From NCBI RefSeq assembly GCF_009914755.1, contig NC_060934.1: 64,000 nt of DNA, one strand, 5' to 3'. Shown here one piece after another: positions 25,895 through 40,073 of this stretch. The stretch is from the human T2T-CHM13v2.0 reference genome, Homo sapiens. Both the position numbers and the translations under genes were made by a program. How positions within the stretch are numbered: the stretch's first letter is position 1; every line of letters starts with the position of its first letter. The notes under the pieces are model-generated. The model had not been told where the DNA came from, made no database searches, and saw nothing but the letters and a program-made list of their open reading frames with translations.

Positions 25895-27394
25895 CTGGCC
25901 TCTATGTTAGAGCTCACTGCTTAGATTCTATCTTAAATCTGTGAAGGACTAGATCTGATAGTCCATAATACCTTAATTGTCATCGTAACCCAAAATCTAA
26001 CTGATGGCAGGGAGTGACAGCAGCTTTCTCATCTGTAAAATGGGGATAATAAAAGTGCCTGGAATGACACTGGAAAGGAGTAAAGCCAAGTGATCAGATA
26101 GGCTGCTTCATTCTCCTACCCCAAACATGCAGAAAACTTAGCTGCAGTATGCAATGCAAGTGTCCTCAACACCCAACACTTACAGCAGCCACCGCAACCA
26201 AGAGAAGGGAATCCTGTGTGACACAGGCATGGAGTTTGTCTTGTTCTTTCAACTCCTTCAACTTTTAAGAACTGTTCAAATTTTTCTTAGAGACCTGACT
26301 CCTCTATTCACAACAATATGTTCCTTACTAGAGAAGCATAATATTAACACAACAACACTACTAATAAGTGTAACAGCTCACATTTATCAGCACAATTGGT
26401 GTTAGCCAGGCATGCAACAAAAGACTTCACCTACACCAACCCAATTAACTATCACAAACCTATGAGGAAGGCATTAGTATTACCTATGTCATAGATGACT
26501 ATCCTGAAACTCAAAGAAGTTAAATAATGTCTACATGGCCACAGAACTACAAATGTCAAATTTGGGACCTGAACTCAGGTCTGTTGACCCCAAGGCCTGG
26601 GCAGTATTCATCTTTAACTTGTTCATCCTTATCCCCAGCATTAAGTACAGTCCCTGACACTGGTCAAAGCTTTAAGCCTCAAATCTAGGCACCAACAATT
26701 GCTTAGAAGCAAGCAGTCTAAGAGCACAGACCATGAAACAGAAAAAGAGCCATGGCTTCAAGTCCCAGACTGGTCACTTATTAGTTCTGCAACCTTAGGC
26801 ATATTTGTCAACCTCTCGGAGCCTCAGCTTTCTCATCTGTAAAACAGCGATAATAAAAGTGCCTTCAATAGGACACTTAGTATCTTGAGTAATGCACAGT
26901 TAAGACTACTTACAGGTCCACAATTTCTTAACCATAAATCTAAAGCCTGAAAAGCTCTGAAATCAGACCTTGTTCTTAAAACTGGTTGTATTAATTTCTA
27001 TTGGTACTATAACAAGTTCCCACAAACTCAGTGGCTTAAAACAACAAAAATTTTTTATCCCGCAGTTCTGTAGGTCAGAAGTCAAATGTGGGTCCCTGGA
27101 CTAAAATCAAGGTGTCTACAGGCTGTGTTCCTTTCTGGAGACTCTAGAGAGGATTCATTTCATCACCTTTTCCGTCTTTTAGAGGCTTCTCCCATTCTTT
27201 GGCTCATGGCCCCCTTCCATTCTGAAATACCTCTGATCCTAAGGGTTTTAGATGAGACTATAAATTTATATTCTAATAATTATTATTAACATCATCTTCT
27301 TCTCTGAAAGGCAAGAGAAAATGGTCCATGGTCGACATGGTTCATAAATCATGTTCACAAAGCCAGTGCCCCCTTGAGCCTTGGAAGACCCTGC

Positions 27395-27712
27395 TGGCCG
27401 GGCGTGATGGCTCACACCTGTAATCTCAGCAATTTGGGAGGCCAAAGTTGGCTGATCACTTGAAGCTAGGAGCTCAAGACCAGCCTGGCCATCATGGTGA
27501 AAACTCATCTCTACTAAAAATACAAAAATTAGCCAGGCGTGATGGTGCACGACTGTAATCGCAGCTACTTGGAAGGCTGAGGCAGAAGAATCATTTGAAC
27601 CCAGGAGACAGAGGTTGCAGTGAGCCGAGATCATGCCACTTCACTTCAGCCTGGGCATAGAGCAAGACTCTGTCTCAAAGAAAAACAAAAACAAAAACAA
27701 CAACAACAAAAA
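27395..27712 (+). mobile_element. AluS
   Basis: Alu dimer with an (A)nC-patterned tail. Confidence 0.93.
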
Positions 27713-27718
27713 AGATCC

Positions 27719-28089
27719 TGTTATGGTTTGAATGTATATGTCCCTCAAAAATTCATATATTGGAACTTGAACCTCAATGTGATAGTATTAAGAGGCAGAC
27801 TTTTGGGAGGTGATTAAGTCATGAGGTTAGAGCCCTCATGGATGGGATTAGCAACCTCATAAAAGGGCTGGAGTAAATTTGCTAGGCCCTTTTGCCCTCT
27901 GTTCTTTTTGCCACATGACGATGCAGCAACAAGGCACCATCTTGCAAGCAGTCTTTACCAGACATGGAACTTGACTGTGCCTTGATCTTGGACTTCCCAG
28001 CCTCTAGAACTGTGAGAAACAAATTTCTGTTGTTTATAAATTACCCAGTCTTGGGTATTTTGTTATAGCAGCATGAAGGGGTAAGACAG
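27719..28089 (+). mobile_element. MLT1A/MST-type LTR
   Basis: TGTTATGGTTTGAATGT...GGACTTCCCAGCCTCTAGAACTGTGAGAAAC...TAAGACA. Confidence 0.8.
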
Positions 28090-28766
28090 ATCTGGAGTCA
28101 GACATTCCTCATGGCCAAACCTGATACCACTCCTTTCTTGCTGTGTACTCCTAACCTCTATCAGCCTCCCTGTCCTCATCACCCAGGAGTAGGGGTGGGG
28201 GTGTGAGTGTGCCCACAGAGTGGTCATGGGGATTAAATGAGATGAATCATGCATAGCCCTTGGCACCCAACAATGGGATTGCTACTGTCAGTTCCTATGC
28301 TCCTCTACTTGGGTATTGCCTTCATGGCTGACACCCATGGCTTTCTTTCTGGGATGTGTGGCCTTCATCAAAAATGTGTTTATTTAGTGAAAAAAAAAAA
28401 AAGGACCCTGAGATTTTCATTTAATTTTGCCTATGTTCTCACACTGCTCCATAGCACAGCACTGATGATACTAAAAAGCTAACTCCTGGATCTAAGCTGC
28501 TAAGACCTTCACATCACTGGCAGCTTTGCTAATGTCGGTGTTCTGCAGAACAGGAAGTAACTCACCAGCCTACTATGTTCTCATGAGGCCATCCCTTGGG
28601 ACTGTCCCACTGCCTCTACACTGCTTCTGTTTTCACCAGACATCTCCTGATCCTAACTTGGTTTCTCAAGTAAACTTCTCCACTGCCACCAAGAGGAATG
28701 TCTTATAGGAAGCTGCAGAATAAGAAGTCAAGGCCACATGTGTGGATTTGAGAATCAGAGGCACCA

Positions 28767-28883
28767 TTCCCTTTTTTCTTCCCTTTCTTCCCTCCTTCCC
28801 TCCTTTTTTTTCCTTCCTTCCTACTTCCTTCCCTCCTTTTTTTTTCTTTTGTTCCTTCTTCCTTCCCTCCCTCCCTTCCTTCC
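28767..28883 (+). repeat. Polypyrimidine low-complexity tract
   Basis: (CCTT/CCCT)-rich run. Confidence 0.85.
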
Positions 28884-29329
28884 GCAGTCAATCCACAAAG
28901 ATTAACTGAACACCTACCAAGTACAAAGTACTATGCCAACAGGCTGGCAATACAGTCTTCAAGATAAGCCTGGGTCATGCTATGCAGAGTGTACAGATGA
29001 TCCCATAAATCATGACTTTATTACAGTTAATTTTACAAACCATTAATTACAAATTGAGGTGAGAATTAGGAAGAAAAAGTGCAAGGTGTTAAAAGACTGT
29101 TTAAGATAGTCAGGGGATTCTAGAAATGTGTCATGACCTAGTAATATCTAATCAAGGACCTGCCTGAAGAGTGATAAAAATTACCCAGCTAAAGAGCTAG
29201 AAGAATATTCCAGGGGAGACATGAATAGATGTGTGAAGACCCAGTGTCAAGGAACTGAAAGAAGACCAGAATTGCCAAAATACGGGGAGGAGAGGCAGTA
29301 TGGTACATGACTGGTTAGTTGGTGGTAGG

Positions 29330-29423
29330 TAGGAAGAAAGGAAGGAAAGGTGGGAGAAAAGAAAGGGGGAAAGAAGGAAAGGTGGAAGAAAAGAAAGGGG
29401 GAAAGAAGGAAAGGAGGGAAAGA
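29330..29423 (+). repeat. Polypurine low-complexity tract
   Basis: GA-rich run containing two copies of AAAAGAAAGGGGGAAAGAAGGAAAGG. Confidence 0.85.
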
Positions 29424-29451
29424 ATTAAATGGGACCAAATCAAATCTGGAG

Positions 29452-29789
29452 CAGAAGCTGGCAAGCTCCAGTAAGACCAAATCTGGTCCCAGTCTGTTTT
29501 TGTATGGCCCCCAGCTAAGAATGGTCTTTGTATTTTTAAGTAGTTGAAAAAAATCAAAGAGAAGAATGCTATTTTATGACATGTTAAAATTATATCAAAT
29601 TCAGTTTTCTGTATCCATAAATAAAGCTTTATTGGAACACAGCCACACCCACACATTTGCATATTATCTATGGCTGCTTTCATGCTACAGTGGCAGAGTT
29701 GAGGAGTTGCAACAGAGACCTTACAGTCCACAAGCTTAAAATATTTACTGTCTATACCTTTACAGAAAAAAAGTGTTTGCCAACCCCTG
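29452..29789. mobile_element. MER58-type hAT-Charlie MITE
   Basis: TTTATTGGAACACAGCCACACCCAC...GGCTGCTTTCATGCTACAGTGGCAGAGTTGAG...TTTGCCAACCCCTG. Confidence 0.8.
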
Positions 29790-29911
29790 ATTTAGTGAGA
29801 TTGGCAGAGGCCAGATCATATAATATTTTAGGTCACATTAAAGATTTACTATCTTATCCCAAGACCAGGAGAACCCAATAAATAGTTTGAACTGGAGAAC
29901 AGCATGACCCA

Positions 29912-30080
29912 GTAGTGCCCAAACCTATCTGCACATTAGACTAGGGAGCTTCAAAAAATATGGATGCATGAGTCCCACTTCCAGATATTATGAATTAATT
30001 AGTCTTGGTATGGCCAGTGCTTTGGAATTTTGAGGGGATTCCTAGGTGACTCTGGTATGCAGATGAGTTTGGGAACCATG
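29912..30080. mobile_element. MER5-type hAT MITE
   Basis: CTGCACATTAGA...CCTAGGTGACTCTGGTATGCAGATGAGTTTGGGAACCATGG. Confidence 0.6.
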
Positions 30081-30116
30081 GATATAATCACATTTTTATG
30101 TTTTAAAGATCAGTCT

Positions 30117-30628
<512 letters not shown>

Positions 30629-31733
30629 ATTAACAGGGGCCAAGGATGAAGACCCAGAGACCCCCAAGAGGCTACTGTGAGTGCCCAACTGAAAGATGAT
30701 AGGGGCTGAAGTTGAGTTGCTGGGGGTAGGGGGCTGTGTAGGCACAATCAGGAGGACTTGGTGATCAGTAAGTGACAGTGGAAAGCTGAAGTGGAAAGTT
30801 TCAAAAACGATACTCAAATGTCTAGCAAATCAACTGGGTGCAAACTGATGGCACTTTTTGGGATGGGAACCTTGGACGAGGAACAAGGTGCGGAAGTAAG
30901 AGCACTATTTCTGTTCTGATGTAGTGTTGAAAAGGAGGGTGTCTTCGGAGAGTTGGCCAGAATAAAGCTGTAAGGGACTGCAATCAAATGATAAAGAGCC
31001 TTGAATGCTATCCTAACAATATCCTCCTCATATAGCAGGCAATGGCTACAATGACGTAGTGAAATACGTATGACCTTTGGATTCAGACACTGTTCCAGTC
31101 ACATACAATGTATGTGAGCTTCCTCAGCTTCCTCACCTATAGCATGGCATTAAAAGTGTTCATATATGTCTTGTTCATCTTTGACCAGCAGAGTCACTCA
31201 ACGACAGACACTCGAAAAACACCCTCACAAGGATATTGTAAAGATTCTATGAGATACCATGTGTCAAGTGTCTAGAAACCTAAGTAGCACAAAACGCATT
31301 CATAAAATGGTAGTGTTATCCCTGAAGGGTTTCCAAAGAAGCATGACCCAGTGACACTCTCACAATGAAGTTTTAGAAAGTGTAGGTGGTGCCCCAGTGG
31401 TCACCGCCCTGCATCTGGAGACTTCCTGGCACTGCACATGATGGCTGGCCTCCAAGAAGACCACCGCCTGCATGGGATGGCCACCCTTGGTGCCCAGAAG
31501 CCATGAGCTTTCCCCCTGGACCCTTCACTCCGTGATCTTCTGCCCAAGAATTTTGTTTCCATGGTACCTCACCCTCTGTTCCAATGCCACCCAAGATTCT
31601 GTGGCTGACCAGCACTTCAGACACATTGTTCTCTTTTGCCTGTTCTCAAAATAGAATCATATGCCAAGGTGGAAAAAAAAAGTGTATATAAACATCTGTG
31701 GGAAGGATGGGTGACAGGGAGAAGAAATGTGTA

Positions 31734-32061
31734 CAAGTTGAGTATCCCTGATCCAAAATGCTTAGAATCTTTTTTATATTTTGAAATATGTGCATATACA
31801 TAATAAAATATCTTGAGGATGGGACCTAAGTCTAAACACAAAATTCATTTATGTTCTATATTTACCTTGTACCCAAAAATCAAAATATTTATCAGTGAAA
31901 TGATATGAAGTAATCTTATACAATATTCTAAATAATTTTGTGTGCCCATCACATGAGGTCAGGTGTGAAATTTTCTACCTGTGGCATCATGTCAGTACTC
32001 AAAGATTCTAATCTTGGAGCATTTTGGGTTTCAGACTTTCAGATCAGGGATGCCCAATTTG
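31734..32061. mobile_element. Tigger4/MER46 (Zombi)-type MITE
   Basis: TIRs CAAGTTGAGTATCCCTGATCCAAAA and TTTCAGATCAGGGATGCCCAATTTG, flanked by TA. Confidence 0.8.
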
Positions 32062-32074
32062 TACTAGGTTTAGC

Positions 32075-32557
32075 AGTTGAGATTAAGTTCAGCTGCATGT
32101 GATAAACAACATAATGGTATTAGTTCATCAATTAGTAAGAAGTCAAGGTTCCAGCAATTCTGTGGAGTTGACAGTCCTCCACGATCCAGGCTACCCTTCC
32201 AGCATACTGCTCCTCTTTAACAAGCATGACCATTTTTGTCCATCTTGACTAAGTGGCCAGAGCTCTAGCCACCATCTTCATATTCCAGGCAAGAAGATGG
32301 AGGAAAGGACAGAAAAGAGGAAGACGGCACACACCAATTTTCTTGAAGGCAGTTTCTGGGAAGCTGAAACATAATACTTCTACTAACATCTCTCAAGCCC
32401 AAATTTAGTAACATGGCCACATCTAGCTGTAAGGGAGGCTAAGAAATGCAGCCTTTATTCTGGGCAGCCATATTCCCAGGTCAAAGCAGGAATTCCCATA
32501 ACTAAAGGGGGAAGGGGAGGACGGAGATTGGGGTAGGCAACCAGCAGTATCTACTGC
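32075..32557 (-). mobile_element. Old MLT1-type LTR
   Basis: ACATGGCCACATCTAGCTGTAAGGGAGGCTAAGAAATGCAGCCTTTATTCTGGGCAGCCAT. Confidence 0.6.
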
Positions 32558-33694
32558 AAGGGGTGAAGGGTTATTGACTTGTGCTTCTCCTATGCTATTC
32601 CCTCACTCAGAATGCCTTCCTGCTCCCTCTCTGTGAGTTCATTCAAACACTGATTCACTGCCTCTGTGTTCCTGGCATCTGCTGCTCCTTTGACTGGAAT
32701 GTTCCATGTCTCCACTTTTATTATTTTCCTTAGATATATTTACACACATAGATATAAATAAATACACAATATTTGAACAAGCTTTGAACACAAGTTCCAT
32801 CCATACAAACTGTATGTCCTTGTCAAGTCACTTCTACCCTCTGAGCCTCAAGTTCCTCCTACATCAAGTGGGGATACTGATGCCCACCTCACAATGTTGT
32901 AGAGGGGATCAGTGGAGATTTCTGTATTTGGGAGTGGTCTGTAAGCAATAAATCATTAAACATCTATTAGCTATTATCATTTCTACCCTGAAGCATTACT
33001 TCCTGTTAGTTAACATGAGAGGAAAAAAAAAAGCAGTTGGTGGCTAAGTGTTACTACACAAAAGAACAGGGCAGAAGACCCATTTCATCTCCTTCTCACT
33101 TTCCCATAGCAAAGCCAGAAGAAGATTCCATCAATTCTTAAAATGTATCTACAAGCAGAAAATTAATTTTAGAGATGAGCAAGGATAACTTCCTTTGAAG
33201 TGAAAGGAGTCTGGAGAAGCCAGAATGCACCCTGCCCTGCTGATTGAAGCAGAATTAAAGCCAAAAGCAGAACTCAGATCATCAGAGGGAATGAGTCATA
33301 GTACCTGGCGAGGAAGCAAGGCTTCAGCCAGATACCAATCAGAGCTAAATATTACAGCTCTTGCAAATAAGGCAGATGAGTTCCTGTAACCATGAACAAC
33401 CCAAAGGTGGCCCCTGCCCTCATACACAAAGCTAAAAACTAATGGTTGCTGACAGCATTAAAACAATAACTGTATCTGCTCAGATTAATCATATATCTGA
33501 CTTAATCCAAATATACCTCAAGAGATGTATCAAATACATACTTTTGCCCCTTTCATTATAAAATAAAATACATATACAGGAAAGTGCCTAAAATATACAT
33601 GGACACTTTAACAATAATTAAGTTAACCCTTGTGTAATTACCACTCCAGTCAAGAAAGAAAACACTACACCACCTTAGAAGCATGCCGCTCTGA

Positions 33695-34041
<347 letters not shown>

Positions 34042-34489
34042 CTCTTTGTTCTTATGATATATATTTCCTTCCTTTTCTTTATAATATTACCACTTATGTA
34101 CGTCCCTAAAAATATTTTTGTCTATTTAAAATTTTTATTTGAATGGAATCACATATGTATATACTTTATATTTTGCTGCTTCTGCTCAGCCTTACATTTG
34201 TAACCATAAAATATTTATCAGTGAAATGATATGACATCTGAAATTTGATTTAAAATAATTGGATGAAGGAAGAATTGCAAAGTATATTTTGAATAAATCG
34301 ACCATAAGTTGATCACTGTTGAAGATGGATGATGGATACATCAGACTCATTATAGTATACTTGACTTTAAAATATGTTTCAAAATTTATATAACAAAAAA
34401 TCATTTAAATTACTTCATGAGATTCACTTGGTTGCTGGGTGTAGTTAGAATTTGTTCATTTTCATTGCTGTATAGCAATACTTCTCTAA

Positions 34490-34695
34490 GTAAGATCCCA
34501 AGACCAGAAGCATCAGAATCACCTGGGAATTTATGTGAACTGTAAATTCTTAGCCCAACCCCAGACTTTTGAAATCAGAAACTCTTGGGGTAAGGTTTCT
34601 GATTTGGTAAGGTCTGGGGTTAGGCCCAACAATCTGTGTTTTAATAAGCTCTCCAGGTAGTTCTGATGCACATTCAAGTTTGATAAACACTCCTA
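34490..34695. mobile_element. MER5A-type MITE within an antisense old L1M
   Basis: GCATCAGAATCACCTGGGAA...GAAATCAGAAACTCT...CCAGGTAGTTCTGATGCACATTCAAGTTTGA. Confidence 0.75.
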
Positions 34696-36997
34696 AATAG
34701 CATTCTGTTGTATGAATATACCACAATTTATTTATTCATTCTACTACTGACACACAGGTGTATTATTTCAAGTTTTAAGGTTTCAAGTTTGTGGATTCTA
34801 TAAATATTCTTGTAGAAGACTTTTGGTGGACAAGCATCTTTCTGATATGTACCTGGTGATAAAATAACAGGGTCTTAGGGTGTATGTATTTTTAACATTA
34901 CATGATAACACTAAACTATTTGCAACGTAGTTCACCAATTTATAATCCCACTAGTAATGTATGTAAATTCCCTTTGCTCCATATCCTTCCCAACACTTGG
35001 TAGTTTTTTGACATTTTAATTGTTGTCAATCTAGAGGGTTAAACACTTAAACTTTCCAACTTAGAATTAAAAAAAAAACACATATTAGAGAACAGAACTT
35101 CAGATGTAAAATCAGTTTCACAAATATATTAGTTGGTGAGTTTTCATGGAGTAAACCCGATGCAGGAAAGAATCTGGTACAATAGAGAAACTGAGAAAGG
35201 TCAATGTGACTGGAATGTGGCGAACAAGACAGAATGCAGTTCAAGATGTTGAGGAGTGAGGCAGGGACAAACCAAGGACCTCCTACATGTGCTAAAGAGT
35301 GAATTTTATTCCAAGTGAAATGAAAAGAAAATTAAAAATTTTAAGCAGGAAATTTACATAATTATATTTCTATATTAGCATACATTTAAAATATTTCAGG
35401 CACATAGCCACTTCTAGCCATGATGGGGTTGTTTGATACTTCAGACCAATGCTTCTGCTGAAAGCCACTTTAAAAGCTGGATAAAGCACAAATACACACA
35501 CACTCACACACGCATGCACGCTATGATGCCCGAAAGCATCAAGCAGTTGTTGAGACAACCAGGACTTCAGGGAACAAAATCCTAGAGAAGACAGAAGCAC
35601 AGGGAGGCAAGCCAATATTGTGCAGCTGCTCTTTCCCTTGGGGCACTTGCCAAAATTGGGTGAAGGGTAAGGGGCTAAGGATCCAGGTAAAGAGCCTCAG
35701 CAGAGAGTTGCTAATAAGGGGCAAAAACACCAGAAGAGCACTTGGCAGTCTCTTGGAGATAGAGAGGCAAAAGTCAGAGGCCTAAAAGGCAAAGATGCCA
35801 GTGAAACCTAAGCCCAGCACCTGTTAGTTCCCTCAAAACATTTGCTGAATTCTGAGACTGCATAAGGCAGGAGGCTAAGAAGCCATGCTTGATAGTCTTA
35901 CAGTTTTGAGGAAAGAACATTTAAAGTTCTGAACTAGCCAGGGGTGGAAGTCATTGGGCTAAAATCCTAAGAAGGCTACATCCTAGAAAGAGGCATCTGC
36001 CAGTGGCAGAGCTCTAACAGAACTAAAATACAGCCTATGTTCAGCTCAGTCCCTAATTGGATTAAAATAATCAGTTGTCCAATATGCCTGCCTAGCATTT
36101 TCTCTGGAACAAAATAACATCATCTACAGCATCTACAATTTTTCATGCAATATGATGAATATACAATCAACATTTGCTAGGCATGCCAAGACACAGACCA
36201 AAAACCCAGAGAAAAAAACAGATCACACAAAGAAACCACAAGTGACTCAGATATTGGAGTCAGGAAACGAAGAGTCAAACTATGATTAATACACTAAAAA
36301 ATATAACAAGATGAAGAAATTAGATGAAAAGGTAGAGAATTTCACCAAAAAAATCAGAATCAGTTTAAAAAGCTTAAATGGAATTTCTAGAATTGTAAAA
36401 TACTATTATGGAAATTAACTCAATAGATAAGGTTGAACAACAGATTAGACATAGTAGAAGAGACAATTAACAAATTGGAAGGCTGGTCAAAATTTTTTCA
36501 AAACTCAAGCACAGATGTAAAACATAAAATGGAAAATATAGAAAAGAGTAAGAAATATGTGTGACAGAGTAAAAAGGTCTACAATACATATGTTTGAAGA
36601 CATAGAGAAGTAAAGAATGGAACAGTAGTAGTGTTTGACGAGATAACAGCAAACTGATTAAAGATATCAATACACAAATTTTAAAAATCATTAGGAACCC
36701 CAAACAGGGTTAACAGTAAATAAACGACAATAACAACAAAAAAATCAATAAAGCCAGACCTAGAGACATCACAGAAAAACTGATAAAAATTAAAGGCAAA
36801 GACAAAACCCTAAAAGTCAGGGTAAAAAAGACACATTACCTTCCATGGAGTGATAATAATGTTGGCTAATGGCTGATTTTTCAACAGAAATGATGGCAGT
36901 CAGAAGACAATGGAACAATGTTTTAAAGTTCTGGGGAAAAAAACTAGAAATATAAAATTCCATACTCAGTGAAAATATCATTCAAAAATGAAGCTGA

Positions 36998-37914
<917 letters not shown>

Positions 37915-38951
37915 CTAATAGGCATCTAACTGGGCAGAAGAAAATGATCTCAGATGAAAATGTAGTAATGCAGAACAAAACAAAGAACAATGGAAAAGAT
38001 AAACATGTAAGCAAAGAAGAATGAATACGGACTGTTACAACAATAAAAATAATATCTAATGGGTTTTAATAATCTGTAGACCTAAAATGAATGACAATAA
38101 TAACATAAAAGGTGTGAGGGGATAGATAAAATTAAAATGTTCCAAAGTACCTTATTACCTAGGATTGTATTTCCCCAAAATAAATTTAAACATATCCACA
38201 AATGACTTGCACATAAATAAATGTTCAGAGCAGCACTATTAGAGATAGCCAGAAACTAGAAAAAAACTCAAATGTCCATCTACGGTGAATGGATAAGCAA
38301 ATTATGGTATATTTATACAACGGAATACTACTTATCAATAAAAATGAATGAACCACTGATAGGCTAAAAACTACAGATGACTCTCACAGACATTATGTTG
38401 AGAAATAGAAGCCAGATTCAAAAGAGTACATACTATACAATTCCATTTATATGAAGTTCTAGCCAAGCAAAACCCCAATGCATGATGCTAATGTCAGGAC
38501 AATGGTTCCCTTTGCAAGCAATAGAAACTAGAAAAGGAGAGGAGGGGACCTCTGGGAGGTTGCCAGTGTTCTATTTCTTAATATAGTTGTTTACATGGAT
38601 GTGGAAATTCATCAAGCTTCATCCTTAGAATTGTGCACATACATATACTTTTCTATATGAATTTCAAAAAGTTTTAACAAATATTTCAGTCATACAAAAA
38701 GTTATACAAAGGATAATAAGTCTATATCCACCACCGAGATTAAGAAACAAAACATTACCAATATAGGTGATATATATACTACTGATTACACCACCACCCA
38801 CCCCACCAGAGATAAATCACTGTCCTGAATTTGGCGTCAACCACTCCCTTGCACTATTTTATACTTTTACTCTTTCTACAAGCTTCCCTAAATGATATGT
38901 AAAACTATTTTTCATGTTTTAAAACTATGCATAAAAAGTAATTTGATTTCT

Positions 38952-39279
38952 TTTTTTTTTCTTTTTTTTTTTTTTTTAAGACAGTGCCTCACTCTATTGC
39001 CCAGGCTAGAGTGCAGTGGTGTAATCTTGGCTCGCTGCAGCCTCAACCTCCTGGGCCAAAGTGATCCTCCCACCTCAGCTTCCCAAGTAATTGAGAACAC
39101 AGGCATTTGCCACCATGCCTGGCTTTTTTGTTTCTTTTCTTTTCTTTTTTTTTTTTCCGTAGAGATGGGAGTCTCCCTGTGTTGCCCAGGCTGGTCTTGA
39201 ACTCCAGGGCTCCAGCAATCCTCCAGCCTCAGCCTCCCAAAGTGCTGGGATTACAGTTGTGAGTCACCACATCTGGCTG
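38952..39279 (-). mobile_element. AluJ
   Basis: Antisense Alu; 14-bp TSD GTAATTTGATTTCT. Confidence 0.93.
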
Positions 39280-39757
39280 GTAATTTGATTTCTATTTTTA
39301 AAAGATCATTCTTAAATTAGCACAAGGGAACTTTCTTGGATGACAAGATATTCTATATCTTGATTAGAACATTAGTCACATAGGTATATATATTTGTCAA
39401 CATACAAATTGAATATTTAAGATCTGTGCATGCCATTATATGTAAATTATCTCACTTTAAAAAGTTTCTAAATAGACCATTCTTGCTTCTTCTTAGGGAA
39501 TAGCTCGGGGCTGGACAGAAGTGGAACCAGGAAAGCCAATTAGAATATTGCAGTAAACCTGATGAGCATCAAAGTCATCTATCTAAAGCGCAAGGAAGAA
39601 AAGACAACTTATGGATACAATTCTTTGAGCAGCTTAACTGTGAAGCAGAGCCGTGGCTGGAGGAAGAAGTGAGGCCAGAGGCCAAAGAAGGGTTTTAAAA
39701 GATAGAAAACCAAACTTGACACAGTAGAAAGGAAAAGCTGAAGAAAGACCATCAATA

Positions 39758-40073
39758 AGCTGGGCCTGGTGGCTCACGCCTGTAATCCCAGCATTTTGGG
39801 AGGCCGAGGTGGGCGGATCAGTTGATGTCATGAGTTTGCCAACATGGCAAAACCCCGTGTCTACTAAAATTCAAAAATTAGCCGGGTGTGGTGGCGTGCA
39901 CCTGTAATCCTAGGTATTTGCAGGGGCTCAGGCACGAGAATCACCTGAACCCAGGAGGCGGAGGGTGCAGTGAGCAGAGATGGCACCACTGCACTCCAGC
40001 CTGGGTAACAGAGTGAGATTCTGTCCCCCTCCACCTCACTCCCCCCAAAAAAACAACAAAACAATAACAACAA
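39758..40073 (+). mobile_element. AluS with a small internal deletion
   Basis: Alu dimer; TSD AAAGACCATC. Confidence 0.9.
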
